Shown here: in pieces, positions 22,001-31,741 of the stretch | Layout: the number at the start of each line of letters is the position of its first letter | Numbering within the stretch: the first letter of the stretch is position 1 | NCBI GenBank assembly: GCA_963776275.1 | Contig: CAVZMI010000023.1 | Span: 96,001-160,000, forward strand | DNA from: Ignavibacteriota bacterium | GTDB lineage: Bacteria; Bacteroidota; Ignavibacteria; UBA10030; CAVZMI01 | Reading direction: 5' to 3' | DNA: 64,000 nt | The notes under the pieces: model-generated | Told to the model about the DNA's origin: nothing | The model's database searches: none | The model's input: the letters and a program-made list of their open reading frames with translations, nothing else | Translations under genes and position numbers: made by a program

Positions 22001-22498
22001 TGTGTCAAGAGTCAACCCGGGAAAGGAACCACTTTTCGTCTTGCGTTCCCGGTCACGACCGAGGTCATTGAACAAACAACGACTGCGGTTGACATCATTA
22101 CAACCGTCAAATCAGATAAAGCAATTCTTGTTATTGATGATGAAGAGATAATCCTTGACCTCGTTGTAGATATACTGACATATGCCGGGTTGAAGGTTAT
22201 TACGGCCAATAATGGCGAGGAAGGAATAATGATCTATAAAAATCGCTGCAATGAAATAGCGATGGTTCTTCTTGACCTTTCTATGCCTGTTATGGGTGGA
22301 GAAGAGACACTGCGGCAGCTTGTTGCAATTAATCCGAATGTTCGGGTAATTCTTTCCTCCGGCTATACGGAGGAAGAAGTGGCATTAAGATTCCAGGGGG
22401 TCCGAGCAGCGGATTTCATACAAAAACCGTATCAGCCGAATTTGCTCCTTCGAAAAATTCACGATGTGATCGGTGAAAGCGGTGATTCAAGTCGATAA
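19001..22498 (+). CDS. Multi-PAS hybrid sensor histidine kinase/response regulator
   Basis: About six PAS/PAC units ending in DIT; AGGIAHDFNNLL H-box; DTGCGM and GRGLGL; C-terminal receiver LLDLSMP. Confidence 0.96.
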   Translation: MGQDMKSSLRSSSKNQSKNISENIFREAWDHSLDGMRIIDVSGIILQVNEAYCRLVGKNRKELEGKSFSVVYAERHQAAMIERQRNLFSNHLNESLFEREYELWNGKKVWYQVNNSFLYRKGEPDRLLSIFRDITAKKIAEKELQESEEQYRKLIELMPFAIAIHAEGKIVYLNPAGVLMCGTSLDKIIGKPVMDFVHPDYRAIVAKRIKAGIEKGEMAMTMEEKFLRPDGSAFDVEATAIPFIYNGKPAMQVFFQDVTRRKETERIMRLSQFSIERARDAVFWLNHDRRIVYANEAASRSLGYSREELLSMSMSDIDVAMTPDTWTNFIQNLRLHGSKTFESQHRTKSGQVFPVEIISNYINFEGEEGSFTFVRDITERKKAEEALRESERNYREIFNAVNEAIFILDGKTTKIIDVNERVLEMFGYSREDVMNSTIADLSVGETPYRMENAAEWICKTKSEGPQVFEWKTVKKGGEKFWVEMALRHSTIGDQERVIAVVRNITDRKKAEEALRESEFRLKRAQAIAHVGNWELDLATQNIWASKEAFQIYGIEQLNSEIPFDVFQRRTLLDDQPRMEDALQRLLLENRRYDEEFQIRRDDDGQIRYVHSRAEVVRDSSGNPLKVAGVIQDITEQKEAVELLRDREQDLQESEQRYRALVETSPDAILLTDLRGRILAGNHRVAKMHGFKNFEEILQGSLSIFDLLDPDELPRAREFLAKLLEEGSIREVEFEARRKDHTTFPMDLSASVIPDEDGEPKALVTITRDITERRRAEDALRQAQKMESIGLLAGGIAHDFNNLLHALMGHATIAMMKLTPDNPSRTHIQKAMHAGERATELTKQLLAYSGRGKFKIAPVNLSTLIEENLHLFEVALPKNVVLRMKLDKKLPFIEADAAQIQQVIMNLIINGAEAIGNTNGEVAVHSGIVDIQSTDTYWWKYTGEPLQPGAYTCLEIHDTGCGMEEEIIDRIFEPFYTTKFTGRGLGLAAVLGIIKGHKGGLCVKSQPGKGTTFRLAFPVTTEVIEQTTTAVDIITTVKSDKAILVIDDEEIILDLVVDILTYAGLKVITANNGEEGIMIYKNRCNEIAMVLLDLSMPVMGGEETLRQLVAINPNVRVILSSGYTEEEVALRFQGVRAADFIQKPYQPNLLLRKIHDVIGESGDSSR

Positions 22499-22594
22499 TA
22501 AGATTTTTCTGTGTATTAATTAAGTTGATAATTAAACATAAAATTTGTAAATTCAACATTCAATTTTGATTATGTCACAATATGCAATTTTTCT

Positions 22595-24655
22595 ATGGAA
22601 TCGGCTGGTTCTGGCAATAGTGATGAAACATCAAATCCCCCAAATACTCAATCAGACCTCTCAGACAAACAATCGAAATCTGAACGCCTAAGACACATTA
22701 TTGTCGGCGCTCCCCGTAATATCAACGACCCAAATGTATTTCATCGTATTTCTCTTATTGCATTCCTTGCGTGGATTGGACTCGGAGCCGACGGTCTTTC
22801 CTCTTCATCTTATGGACCCGACGAAGCATTTCGTGCTATCGGAGGCCATCCTTATTTAGCAGTAGGGCTGGCTCTTGCTACGTTCTTAACGGTATTCATC
22901 ATTTCATACGCGTATTCAAGGATCATCGAGCATTTTCCATCCGGGGGTGGCGGCTACGTCGTGGCTAGTAAATTACTCGGTTCGAAGTTTGGAGTCGTGT
23001 CGGGTTCAGCACTCTTGGTGGATTATGTTTTGACAATTGCTGTTTCTGTCTCAAGCGGTCTCGATCAGTTATTCAGCGTTCTGCCGTATGAATATTCTCA
23101 TTACAAAATGATGGCCGTTGCATTGGTTATATGTATTCTCATGGTGTTAAATCTCCGCGGTGTGAAGGAGTCCGTCACGATCCTCATGCCTATCTTTTTG
23201 GTATTTCTGGTGACACATATTATACTTATTGCTGGTGGTGTCGGATCGCATCTCTTCGAAGCCAACAGAATCGTCAATGATGTACGACATGGATTTATGA
23301 CCGATTACACAGCAATCGGTCTGGTCGGGATATTTGCAATTTTTATTCGTGGATATTCGATGGGTGCTGGAACCTACACCGGTATTGAAGCGGTGTCAAA
23401 CGGAATACAGATTATGCGTGAACCAAAGGTCGAAACAGGAAAGCGGACAATGCTCTATATTGCGGTTTCGCTGGCAACCACAGCAGGCGGTATTTTTCTC
23501 TGTTATCTATTCTTTAATGTAACGCCCGAAACCGGAAAAACAATGAATGCGGTTCTCCTCGAGCGGTTTGCAGGGAGCTGGAATCTTGGTACGATTCCTG
23601 TCGGATATATCTTCGTCATTATCACATTGGGTTCAGAAGCTGCCCTGCTCTTCGTTGCAGCACAAACCGGATTCATAGATGGACCTCGTATTATGGCGAA
23701 CATGTCCATCGATTCCTGGCTCCCACACCGGTTTGGCTCGCTCTCTGATCGATTGACAATGCAAAATGGCGTTATTCTGATGTCCGGAGCGGCTGTTTTA
23801 ACGCTTTTTCTCACGGGCGGACACACCAGTACCCTTATCCTCATGTACTCGATCAACGTTTTTCTAACGTTCTCACTCTCCGAGACGGGAATGGTCCGAT
23901 ATTGGATTCAAAACCGGAATAAATACGACGATTGGTGGAAGCACATTACTATTCATTTGATCGGCCTTGTTCTCTGCTTGTCGATTCTGATTGTTAATCT
24001 CTTCGAGAAATTCGCTGAAGGAGGCTGGGTCACGCTCGTCGTTACGGCCGTTTTAATCAGCGTCTGTTTTATCATCAAACATCATTACGGTAAGGTTCGC
24101 TCTCATCTCGGTCGACTCGATGAGATACTTCAGGACCTGCCGGGGCTGGAGGAAGGCACACACAAGCCGCTCAATCCAAAAAATCCTACAGCAGTCCTTC
24201 TTGTCGGCAGCTACGGAGGATTGGGTATACACTCGTTTCTCTCAATTCATCGACTCTTTCCAAATCATTTTAAGAATTTTATTTTTATGTCCGTTAGCGT
24301 TGTAGATGCGGGAACGCTCAAGGGAGCCGATGAATTAGAGAGAGGGCGTGAAGAGACCGAGCATTCGTTGAAGCGTTATGTCGCTCTCGCCCAAAAGTTC
24401 GGATACGCTGCAGATTATCGGTTGGATGTGGGTATCGAAGTCCTCGAAGTTGCCGAAAAACTCTGTATCGAAATTGTACGGGAATATCCACGTGCAATAT
24501 TCTATACCGGCAAACTCGTATTTCAGAGAGAACGCTGGTATCAGAGGCTTCTCCATAATGAAACAGCAAATCAACTTCAACGGCGACTTCAATTTGCAGG
24601 TATCAATACAATGGTATTGCCGGTGAAGGTTTTCGATCCTACCATCTCTCCATAA
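22595..24655 (+). CDS. APC family permease (YdaO/KimA-like)
   Basis: DGLSSSSYG, PSGGGGY, LLVDYVLT, TGIEAVSNG, C-terminal LLHNETA. Confidence 0.85.
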   Translation: MESAGSGNSDETSNPPNTQSDLSDKQSKSERLRHIIVGAPRNINDPNVFHRISLIAFLAWIGLGADGLSSSSYGPDEAFRAIGGHPYLAVGLALATFLTVFIISYAYSRIIEHFPSGGGGYVVASKLLGSKFGVVSGSALLVDYVLTIAVSVSSGLDQLFSVLPYEYSHYKMMAVALVICILMVLNLRGVKESVTILMPIFLVFLVTHIILIAGGVGSHLFEANRIVNDVRHGFMTDYTAIGLVGIFAIFIRGYSMGAGTYTGIEAVSNGIQIMREPKVETGKRTMLYIAVSLATTAGGIFLCYLFFNVTPETGKTMNAVLLERFAGSWNLGTIPVGYIFVIITLGSEAALLFVAAQTGFIDGPRIMANMSIDSWLPHRFGSLSDRLTMQNGVILMSGAAVLTLFLTGGHTSTLILMYSINVFLTFSLSETGMVRYWIQNRNKYDDWWKHITIHLIGLVLCLSILIVNLFEKFAEGGWVTLVVTAVLISVCFIIKHHYGKVRSHLGRLDEILQDLPGLEEGTHKPLNPKNPTAVLLVGSYGGLGIHSFLSIHRLFPNHFKNFIFMSVSVVDAGTLKGADELERGREETEHSLKRYVALAQKFGYAADYRLDVGIEVLEVAEKLCIEIVREYPRAIFYTGKLVFQRERWYQRLLHNETANQLQRRLQFAGINTMVLPVKVFDPTISP

Positions 24656-24678
24656 ATACGGGATTAGTTTATAAAGCC

Positions 24679-25047
24679 GGGGATGTAGTCCCAATCCAAC
24701 ATAACTTACCGAATGAGGTTAGTGGGAAATATTTTCCCTTTCGTTTTTTAAACAGGTACTTTTAGGACGACAATAGAGAAATAAAGAATTTGCCTTAAAA
24801 ATTATAAATTTGTATATTTTATCGAGTTCATTCGGGCGCTTAGTCCCAATCCGACATACTTTACCGAAGGTAAAGTATAGGTCGGATTGAGGCCCCGACT
24901 TTTTTTAGTCGGGGCTCAATCATTGCCCGAAATGTCGAAAAAGCATTTATTTGGGCGCTTAGCTCAGTCCCGTCCCGACATACTTTACTGAAGGTAAAGT
25001 ATGTCGGGACGAGGATCCCGCCCACCGAAGGTGGGGCGGGACTGGTT
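24679..25047 (+). pseudogene. Three tRNA 5'-end fragments, each interrupted by a palindromic insert
   Basis: ggggatgtag at 24679; gggcgcttag[insert]ctca at 24834; gggcgcttagctcag[insert]ctggtt at 24953. The latter two match the 5' end of the intact tRNA-Val. Confidence 0.8.
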
Positions 25048-25093
25048 GGCAATCGATACAATTAATACAGTTCAGCAATTTGGAATGCTTTTT

Positions 25094-25168
25094 GGGCGCT
25101 TAGCTCAGCTGGTTCAGAGCGTACGCCTCACACGCGTAAGGTCGCCGGTTCGATCCCAGCAGCGCCCA
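25094..25168 (+). tRNA. tRNA-Val (anticodon CAC)
   Basis: GGGCGCT/AGCGCCC acceptor stem, TACGC-CT-CAC-AC-GCGTA anticodon arm, GGTTCGATCC T loop. Confidence 0.96.
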
Positions 25169-25870
25169 CTTGTAAATGGTGAATTGTGAGTTGTGAATAG
25201 TGAATGGTTTTGGCTATTTCGATAGCCAGGTGGCCGAGCCTGTGGTGCCCTAAAGGACGACTTCGTCGAGCGAACCCTGAACGTAGTGAAGGGTGAGTCG
25301 AACCACTTGTGGTGAGCTTGTCGAACCATTCTTAACAGCCACCCTTCGATCCGCCTCCGGCGGACTCAGGGCAAGCCCTTCGATGAACTCAGGGCTAGTA
25401 TCGAGGCCACTTGTAAATGGTGAATTGTGAGTTGTGAATAGTGAATGGTTTTGGCTATTTCGATAGCCAGGTGGCCGAGTTAAATTGCCATACAAACAGC
25501 CATATCGAGGCCACTTGTAAATGGTGAATTGTGAGTTGTGAGTGGTGAATGGTTTTGGCTATTTCGATAGCCAGGTGGCCGAGCCTGTGGTGCCCTAAAG
25601 GACGACTTCGTCGAGCGAACCCTGAACGTAGTGAAGGGTGAGTCGAACCACTTGTGGTGAGCTTGTCGAACCATTCTTAACAGCCACCCTTCGATCCGCC
25701 TCCGGCGGACTCAGGGCCAGCCCTTCGATCCGCCTCCGGCGGACTCAGGGCCAGCCCTTCGATCCGCCTCCGGCGGACTCAGGGCCAGCCCTTCGATCCG
25801 CCTCCGGCGGACTCAGGGCTAGTATCGAGGCCACTTGTAAATGGTGAATTGTGAGTTGTGAATGGTGAAT
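25166..25870. repeat. Composite repeat block: four copies of the tRNA 3' flank with GTGAATT-type heptamers, interleaved with REP-like palindromes, including a 4x 34-bp tandem at 25687-25822
   Basis: ccacttgtaaatggtgaattgtgagttgtga at about 25166, 25407, 25511 and 25831; cccttcgatccgcctccggcggactcagggc at 25687, 25721, 25755 and 25789. Confidence 0.92.
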
Positions 25871-25966
25871 GATAAATTTGCTATTCACTTTTCTATGTAC
25901 GTCTTCAGACTAAATCAGACCATTTAGGCAAGATATTAATAAACACCTATCAATAGTTCCGCCATG

Positions 25967-26050
25967 CGACAGCTCTCGTTCGGGCTGCCGTTTGATTATT
26001 AATAAATTATTTCTTACCATTCAGTTGTACCTACAAGAAATATCCGACCA
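25967..26050 (+). repeat. Repeat A copy 1 of 8 (others at 28501, 31502, 35036, 36204, 37263, 46926, 48550)
   Basis: cg(g/a)cagctc..gggctgccgtttgattat hairpin followed by ...caattgt...aagatacatccgac consensus. Confidence 0.85.
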
Positions 26051-26283
26051 AAATGCTGCAATAAAATTATAGATCGACACGCAATTTCAATCAATAGCCT
26101 CTGAAGGATTTAGTACACATTATTTGTGAAATCCAAGGGCGTTGTATACGGATAAAAAACAAGAGCACCGTATGGTATGAGGATCAGTATAATTATATTT
26201 GGGCGGCCCAAACCTCATGATGTATTTCGCCCGCCCATGGAAGAAGATTGAATAATCTACGAGTCTTACATTAGGAGGATACC

Positions 26284-27558
26284 ATGCCAGTAGTATTGCG
26301 GTTTCTCGGGGCAGTATTGGGCGCAATAGTGACGCTGTTTTTTGTTGGGCTGATGACGCCGTTGCTTGTATTGGCGACTCCTTTTTTAAATGCCATCCTT
26401 TTCCCGTTTATCTCAGGGTCGTTGGTTTTGATCTTTTTCAGCTACATCTTCACGTATGCCCTCAGGATTTCAGGTGAGGCTGATCAACCTTGGAGTCAGT
26501 CTGCGCAGATCTATGAAATTGTTTATCTGATAGTATGCACTTGCATCATTCTCCTTACAGTGAGATATATTATCATGGGTCTTCTGTTGAGTGGTTTATC
26601 CACCCTGTTCATCGTCACAATTTTTATATTAATCGGTGCATTAGCATCAATCTTATTCATCGCTCTATATGCGATACCGGTCCTTCTGGGATATATCTTC
26701 GCGGCAATTTTTGCACCCGTTCATGGGGGAATTGAGGATTCGAGGGAATGTTTCTGGCGCGGCGCGTTAATAGGGGGGAATACGGTAATGAATGTTGTGC
26801 TTAGTCTTATTTTCTATGGCTGGCTATTCTCGCCCTACTTAAATAATCCAGTCTCGTTTATAGCAGGAATACCTGCTGTTGTTATAGTGGCCGCAGGAAT
26901 ATTTATCATAATACTCGCGAACTGTCTGACATTGATCCCATCGACGCAGTTTTACCTTCCGGCATCGATCAGAGGTAATGTGCAGGACTTTGTCAAGGCG
27001 TATGCCGGATATGTGTCCTGGTTAATGCCGATGTCATGGGGATACTGTATATTGGGTTGTATACTCTTCTATTTCAGTTGGATCGGTCACCTGATAGCAA
27101 TAATAGTATTAAACAATAGTAACGCAAATTGGTTAATTACTGCTGTACAATATTGGGGAATATCTCGTTTGCTAATAGATCCCCAAACCGGCACGATGGT
27201 CACGGAGAACGGCGGTTGCAGTAATTTTTCATCCCCTGGTTCACCATCTTACCCTTACAGTTGCGGTTGTTTCGCCTTTATTCCAGACAATTTCTCGAGT
27301 CGGTGCTATATAGACAATGCGATACCCCGGCAGCACGAATCCGGTCATGCCCTGAACCTGGCTGCCTTTGGTTCGGTCTATAACATGATTAACGCAATCA
27401 ATGAAGAAGGATTGGATATATTGGGGATTCACGGTTTAGGGCAAAACATTCATGCATACGGCGACCGCACGGCACAAAGTAATGTAGATGACGACTTAAT
27501 CCTAAATGCTTGGGACCCACAAAATAAACACCACCCGGAGGTAGAGATATGGCGATAA
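26284..27558 (+). CDS. Polytopic membrane protein with C-terminal HExxH motif (putative zinc metallopeptidase)
   Basis: AGGAGG RBS; many hydrophobic helices; QHESGHALNLAAFG. Confidence 0.65.
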   Translation: MPVVLRFLGAVLGAIVTLFFVGLMTPLLVLATPFLNAILFPFISGSLVLIFFSYIFTYALRISGEADQPWSQSAQIYEIVYLIVCTCIILLTVRYIIMGLLLSGLSTLFIVTIFILIGALASILFIALYAIPVLLGYIFAAIFAPVHGGIEDSRECFWRGALIGGNTVMNVVLSLIFYGWLFSPYLNNPVSFIAGIPAVVIVAAGIFIIILANCLTLIPSTQFYLPASIRGNVQDFVKAYAGYVSWLMPMSWGYCILGCILFYFSWIGHLIAIIVLNNSNANWLITAVQYWGISRLLIDPQTGTMVTENGGCSNFSSPGSPSYPYSCGCFAFIPDNFSSRCYIDNAIPRQHESGHALNLAAFGSVYNMINAINEEGLDILGIHGLGQNIHAYGDRTAQSNVDDDLILNAWDPQNKHHPEVEIWR

Positions 27559-28328
27559 CAGATGATCTTAAGCAAGACAAGAGTACAGGCGCACGTAAAG
27601 GCGGCCTGTCCACACTACTAGTGATCGCAGCTGCGATCTTTTTCGGACTGATCATCGTGGCGGCTGTGCTCATGCTGCTGCGGCAGGGCAACCCGACCCT
27701 ATTAAATCAGCAGACGATATTTGCACTCCCTGCACTTCCGTCGTTCAACGGTGGAACATTGTTACTCGTGCTCTTGACGATGATCCTTCTCGTTTTCGTG
27801 GGCATCTTTACTTTGCTTCTAATGCTGGTAATTTGTGTTTGCGGCTGCGGCTGCGGGAAGAGACTCCTGGAAATCCTCAAGAAGTTAGGGCTACTTCTAC
27901 CTGACTTGCCTAAGGGTCTGCGAGCGGCCGCGCTTGGGTTCGATGTTGCCGCCCAGGCTGCTCACATTTCCGCGGAATGTCTTGCCGCTATTGGAAACAA
28001 TCTGAGCACGGTCGTAATAAAAACTAACGAATTCCATTTTCCTATTATCCAAATGAACACCATGAAATTATGGGATGCTTTACGTGATCTTAATATCCCG
28101 GGGTTTCCCCCTATTCCACCCCCGCATTGGCATGATCCTGATGTAATTACCTTTAAGCAAGACATAGATACATATCCCTTTTCTAGCTCGGGATCGTTGT
28201 CCACGCCATTGGGTGACATCGCGACCAGAGTTAATATGGCGCGTATTCAGTCCGAGAATTTGGAAACCAAACTAGTCTTAGCAAGAGACGGTTTGAACGC
28301 AGTAGCGCATGTCTTCGATGGCCAGTAG
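27549..28328 (+). CDS. Hypothetical membrane protein with Cys-rich CVCGCGCG motif
   Basis: Overlaps upstream gene by 10 nt; two TM segments. Confidence 0.65.
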   Translation: MAITDDLKQDKSTGARKGGLSTLLVIAAAIFFGLIIVAAVLMLLRQGNPTLLNQQTIFALPALPSFNGGTLLLVLLTMILLVFVGIFTLLLMLVICVCGCGCGKRLLEILKKLGLLLPDLPKGLRAAALGFDVAAQAAHISAECLAAIGNNLSTVVIKTNEFHFPIIQMNTMKLWDALRDLNIPGFPPIPPPHWHDPDVITFKQDIDTYPFSSSGSLSTPLGDIATRVNMARIQSENLETKLVLARDGLNAVAHVFDGQ

Positions 28329-28407
28329 AATAACCATTATTTCTTGCATGGTAGAGAATAAAGGTACGGGCGCGCCGTACCGGTAATAGCGCGCTAATGA
28401 GATAAAG

Positions 28408-28446
28408 AAAAAGCCCTGCATTGCTTGTTGGATGTTGGGCTTTTTT
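28408..28446 (+). terminator. Intrinsic terminator
   Basis: aaaaagccc...gggctttttt stem-loop with T tract. Confidence 0.65.
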
Positions 28447-28637
28447 GTAACCAGGCTAGCATTCACTCTAACAATTATATGAACGCCTCCGCCACCCATT
28501 ACGGCAGCGCTAGTTTTGGCTGCCATTGATTATTACTCAATTTTTCCGTACCATTTCCTGTACCCTTCAAAAGCTCCCGACTTCTTTTTGTGCCGGATAA
28601 GCTAATCATTGAATATTATCTAATCGAGGTATCTTTT

Positions 28638-29516
28638 ATGAAAAAGCCGCTCTTTTCGATTCTCGTTGTGATCATGAATGTCATGTTAATTTCATCACTC
28701 GTTTTTGCCGACGGCGAGACGCGTAAAGCTACTCAGAAGGAAAAAGATTTTTACAGGATGGTGATGGAGACTCTCATCAAAGCATTGCCTGCCGCCGGAC
28801 CCGAAGGATGGCGTGAAGAGAAGAACCAGTTTGCGGAACTCGAATTGGTCACACCAGACTGCGAGAAATATCCGTTCCAGGTTAATTATGGTGCATCGTG
28901 AACCGATGACACCCGGAAGCAGGCAGCCGATGAAGAAATACAAAAAGACCTGGTATCCAAAATGATGAACAATACTTCAAATCCCGAATACATAAAGTTG
29001 ACTGAACAGACCAATATATTGGCTAAAGAGTTAGGTGATGCTGCTGGAAAGAACGATCAACCTACGGTCGAGCGGCTTCAGAAAGAACTGGAGACGAACG
29101 CGAAAAATATACATGCCATCACGGACGCGAATGATAAGGAATCTGACGGCATTATGGAAAAGGCGAGTGCGCACGATGTAAGCATACAGGTCAGTATCCA
29201 GGTGAATGAATTTTCACACCCGCTGTATGAAACTGTGGTCAAGGAGGCACCCGTGGCAGGGGGTCTGACATATCGCTCGCAGGGAGTATGGATAAAGGAC
29301 AATGGATGGCGTGAAGGTACAACGTACGTATTTCTTGGAAAAGGATGGCAGATGAAAACCGATGGTGGAACTTCTATCGAGACTAAAGAACGAAAAGGAA
29401 TTCCTTCAACAGCAGTGCAAACAATTTTTGTTTGAGTCCAGGCAGATCCGGCGCGGGCAAAGCAGGTTCTCGAAAAGATAGATTGGAATGCGTTGAAGAA
29501 GCTGATTCAGAATTAA
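28638..29516 (+). pseudogene. Secreted hypothetical protein interrupted by two in-frame TGA codons (28899, 29433)
   Basis: ORFs 28590..28901 and 28962..29435 share a frame; protein-like sequence continues across both stops to TAA 29516; signal peptide MKKPLFSILVV. Confidence 0.75.
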
Positions 29517-29544
29517 TGGAATTATCTTTAATATAATAAGGAAT

Positions 29545-30359
29545 ATGATCATGAAAAAATTAATGCTTCTTGTCGCACTGTTATTAATATGTTCAATCCC
29601 ATTGCTTGCCCAGGATGCCGAAGGATGTAAAGATCATCCTTTTTTTAGCAGGATGCCGAATTTCTATATTGAATCTTGCAATCAAAATTTTGATAAACTC
29701 GAATATTATGTTTCCGATGGAGTTACAGATACCAAAGAAGGAGATTTAACCAAAATTTCCTATAATTTTCCGGATGATGCCCCAACTAAAGCTCCCAGTC
29801 CATTACAAATTATTAGAAATTATGAAAATGCAATTATTAAATTGGGGGGAAAAAAATATATGTTAATGATCATGATTTAACTTATTCATTAAAAAAGAAT
29901 TCAAAAGAATATATTATCTGTGTAGCAATGAATGGGAATATACAGCATAACCTTAGTGTATTGGAAATTGCACTAATGAAACAAGAAATTACTGCCAATG
30001 AAATGCTTGATGCACTGAATAAAGACGGTTATATAGCGCTGAATATTCTTTTCGAAACAGGCAAATCTACTATTCAAAATGAATCACTTCCAGTAGTAGA
30101 CCAAATATTCGAATTGATGAAAAGTGATTTAACACTTAAAATCAGTATCGAAGGCCATACCGATAATGTGGGCGATGCTGTAAGCAATAAAAAACTCTCT
30201 AATGATCGGGCAAAATCTGTTATGGACGCTCTTATTGCCAAAGGAGTTGACAAGACAAGAATGTCGTTTGTTGGCTGGGGACAAGAAAAACCTGTTGCCG
30301 ATAACAGAAGCGAAGAAGGCAGAGCCAAAAACAGGCGCGTAGAAATAGTTAAAAAATAA
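29545..30359 (+). CDS. OmpA-family peptidoglycan-binding protein with DUF4892-like N-terminus; frameshift in G/A homopolymers near 29843-29856
   Basis: DAEGCKDHPFFSRMP; IEGHTDNVG, LSNDRA, NRRVEIV. Confidence 0.88.
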
Positions 30360-30529
30360 ATCCACAACCGGCATTTTAAAAAATCAACCGGAAGGCAAGG
30401 ATTTCAGAAGGTATAAAAGTCGCATCAATAATCCCGCGGTTCATCCCGTTGTGAGGCGTTAGCTTCGCAACTAAGGGCAGTATTCAGATCCTGAGTCCCT
30501 CTTCATCACAAAAGAAATGGAGTTGAATT

Positions 30530-31405
30530 ATGAAATTGAGAGTTCTTTATCTCTTCATTATTTTTTCTATAATTTCAATTGTGGGTTGGAATTGGAAGAA
30601 AGATTCACCAACAAACGAAGGGAATTCGACACAAGGCAATTTAGTGCCTGTGGCAGGCGGTACATTTACTGCCGGCTCAACTCCCGTCGCAATCAGCAGT
30701 TTTAAGATAGATAAGTATGAAGTGACTTATGAGCTTTGGACAGAGGTGAGAAACTGGGGTTTGGCTCACGGATATACAGATCTTCCTGCCGGACAAAATG
30801 GAGGCAGCTATCCTTCTGGCAACCCCGCTATCAGATCGAACAACCCTGTTACACAGGTGAATTGGTATGATGTTGTAAAGTGGTGTAATGCCCGTTCGGA
30901 AAAAGACGGCTTCACACCAGTATATTACATAGACAATAAACAAAGGACAATATATCGCACCGGAGGAATAGAACTTAATATAGATGCAGTAAAGTGGACA
31001 GCCAGCGGTTATCGGTTACCGACGGAATGCGAGTGGGAGTATGCGGCACGCGGAGGGAACCAAACACATGGCTACATGTATAGCGGCAGTAATGATTTAG
31101 ACGAAGTTGCGTGTCATTTTGACAACTCTGATACTAGCACTCATCCTGTCGGTCAAAAAAAAGCAGACGAACTTGGTATATATGATATGAGCGGAAATGT
31201 CAATGAATGGTGTTGGGACTGGTTCGGTAAAGCATACCCATCGGGAGGCATTACCGATCCGAAGGGTACAAAAGAATTCCCCATTCGGGTGATGCGTGGG
31301 GGTTCATTCGACCTCTACTCGCTCTTCTATCAGGTAGACTTCCGCGACTCCCACTACGCGTGGGCTCGCGGCTTCAACATCGGGTTTCGTTGTGTCAAAA
31401 ACTAA
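30530..31405 (+). CDS. FGE-sulfatase (SUMF1) domain protein
   Basis: KYEVTY, NNPVTQVNWYD, YRLPTECEWEYAARGG, YDMSGNVNEWCWD, IGFRCV. Confidence 0.93.
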   Translation: MKLRVLYLFIIFSIISIVGWNWKKDSPTNEGNSTQGNLVPVAGGTFTAGSTPVAISSFKIDKYEVTYELWTEVRNWGLAHGYTDLPAGQNGGSYPSGNPAIRSNNPVTQVNWYDVVKWCNARSEKDGFTPVYYIDNKQRTIYRTGGIELNIDAVKWTASGYRLPTECEWEYAARGGNQTHGYMYSGSNDLDEVACHFDNSDTSTHPVGQKKADELGIYDMSGNVNEWCWDWFGKAYPSGGITDPKGTKEFPIRVMRGGSFDLYSLFYQVDFRDSHYAWARGFNIGFRCVKN

Positions 31406-31501
31406 ATCTGCACATCTGTTTTTTTACCCTTGTATATCTTCGGATCGATTTACACCATTCAGGTTTCAATTTAACAGAGAATTATCAAGGATCTCACTCT
31501 G

Positions 31502-31638
31502 CGGCAGCTCCTGTTAGGGCTGCCGTTTGATTATTAGTATCTGATTGCTTACTTTCAATTGTTCACCCAAAGATACATCCGACAACCGGTGTTAGATTGA
31601 GTTATAAATATTCAAGCGATATATTAATCAAAACTAAT
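31502..31638 (+). repeat. Repeat A copy 3
   Basis: Near-identical to the 35036 and 48550 copies. Confidence 0.9.
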
Positions 31639-31741
31639 TTGAGCGCGTGTCGCTAACGATGGCTGAGTTGCCAACGACGGTTGGGCAATTCGGGCTAAGT
31701 GAAATCCAATCGGCCCCAGGACTCTTAAAGGAGTTTTAACA

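Noticed and set aside
25687-25822. 34-bp unit repeated four times, CRISPR-like in length
   Set aside because: Units are head-to-tail with no unique spacers, and there are no cas genes in the window
25001-25847. Short ORFs with duplicated peptides in the ORF track
   Set aside because: They are translations of the tRNA and repeat block; the same applies to 32258..32714 and the 5' part of 47086..47838
28638-29516. TGA recoding (Trp, Gly or selenocysteine)
   Set aside because: TGA terminates conserved genes such as glnB and pepT, Trp is encoded by TGG elsewhere, and the contexts are not redox motifs
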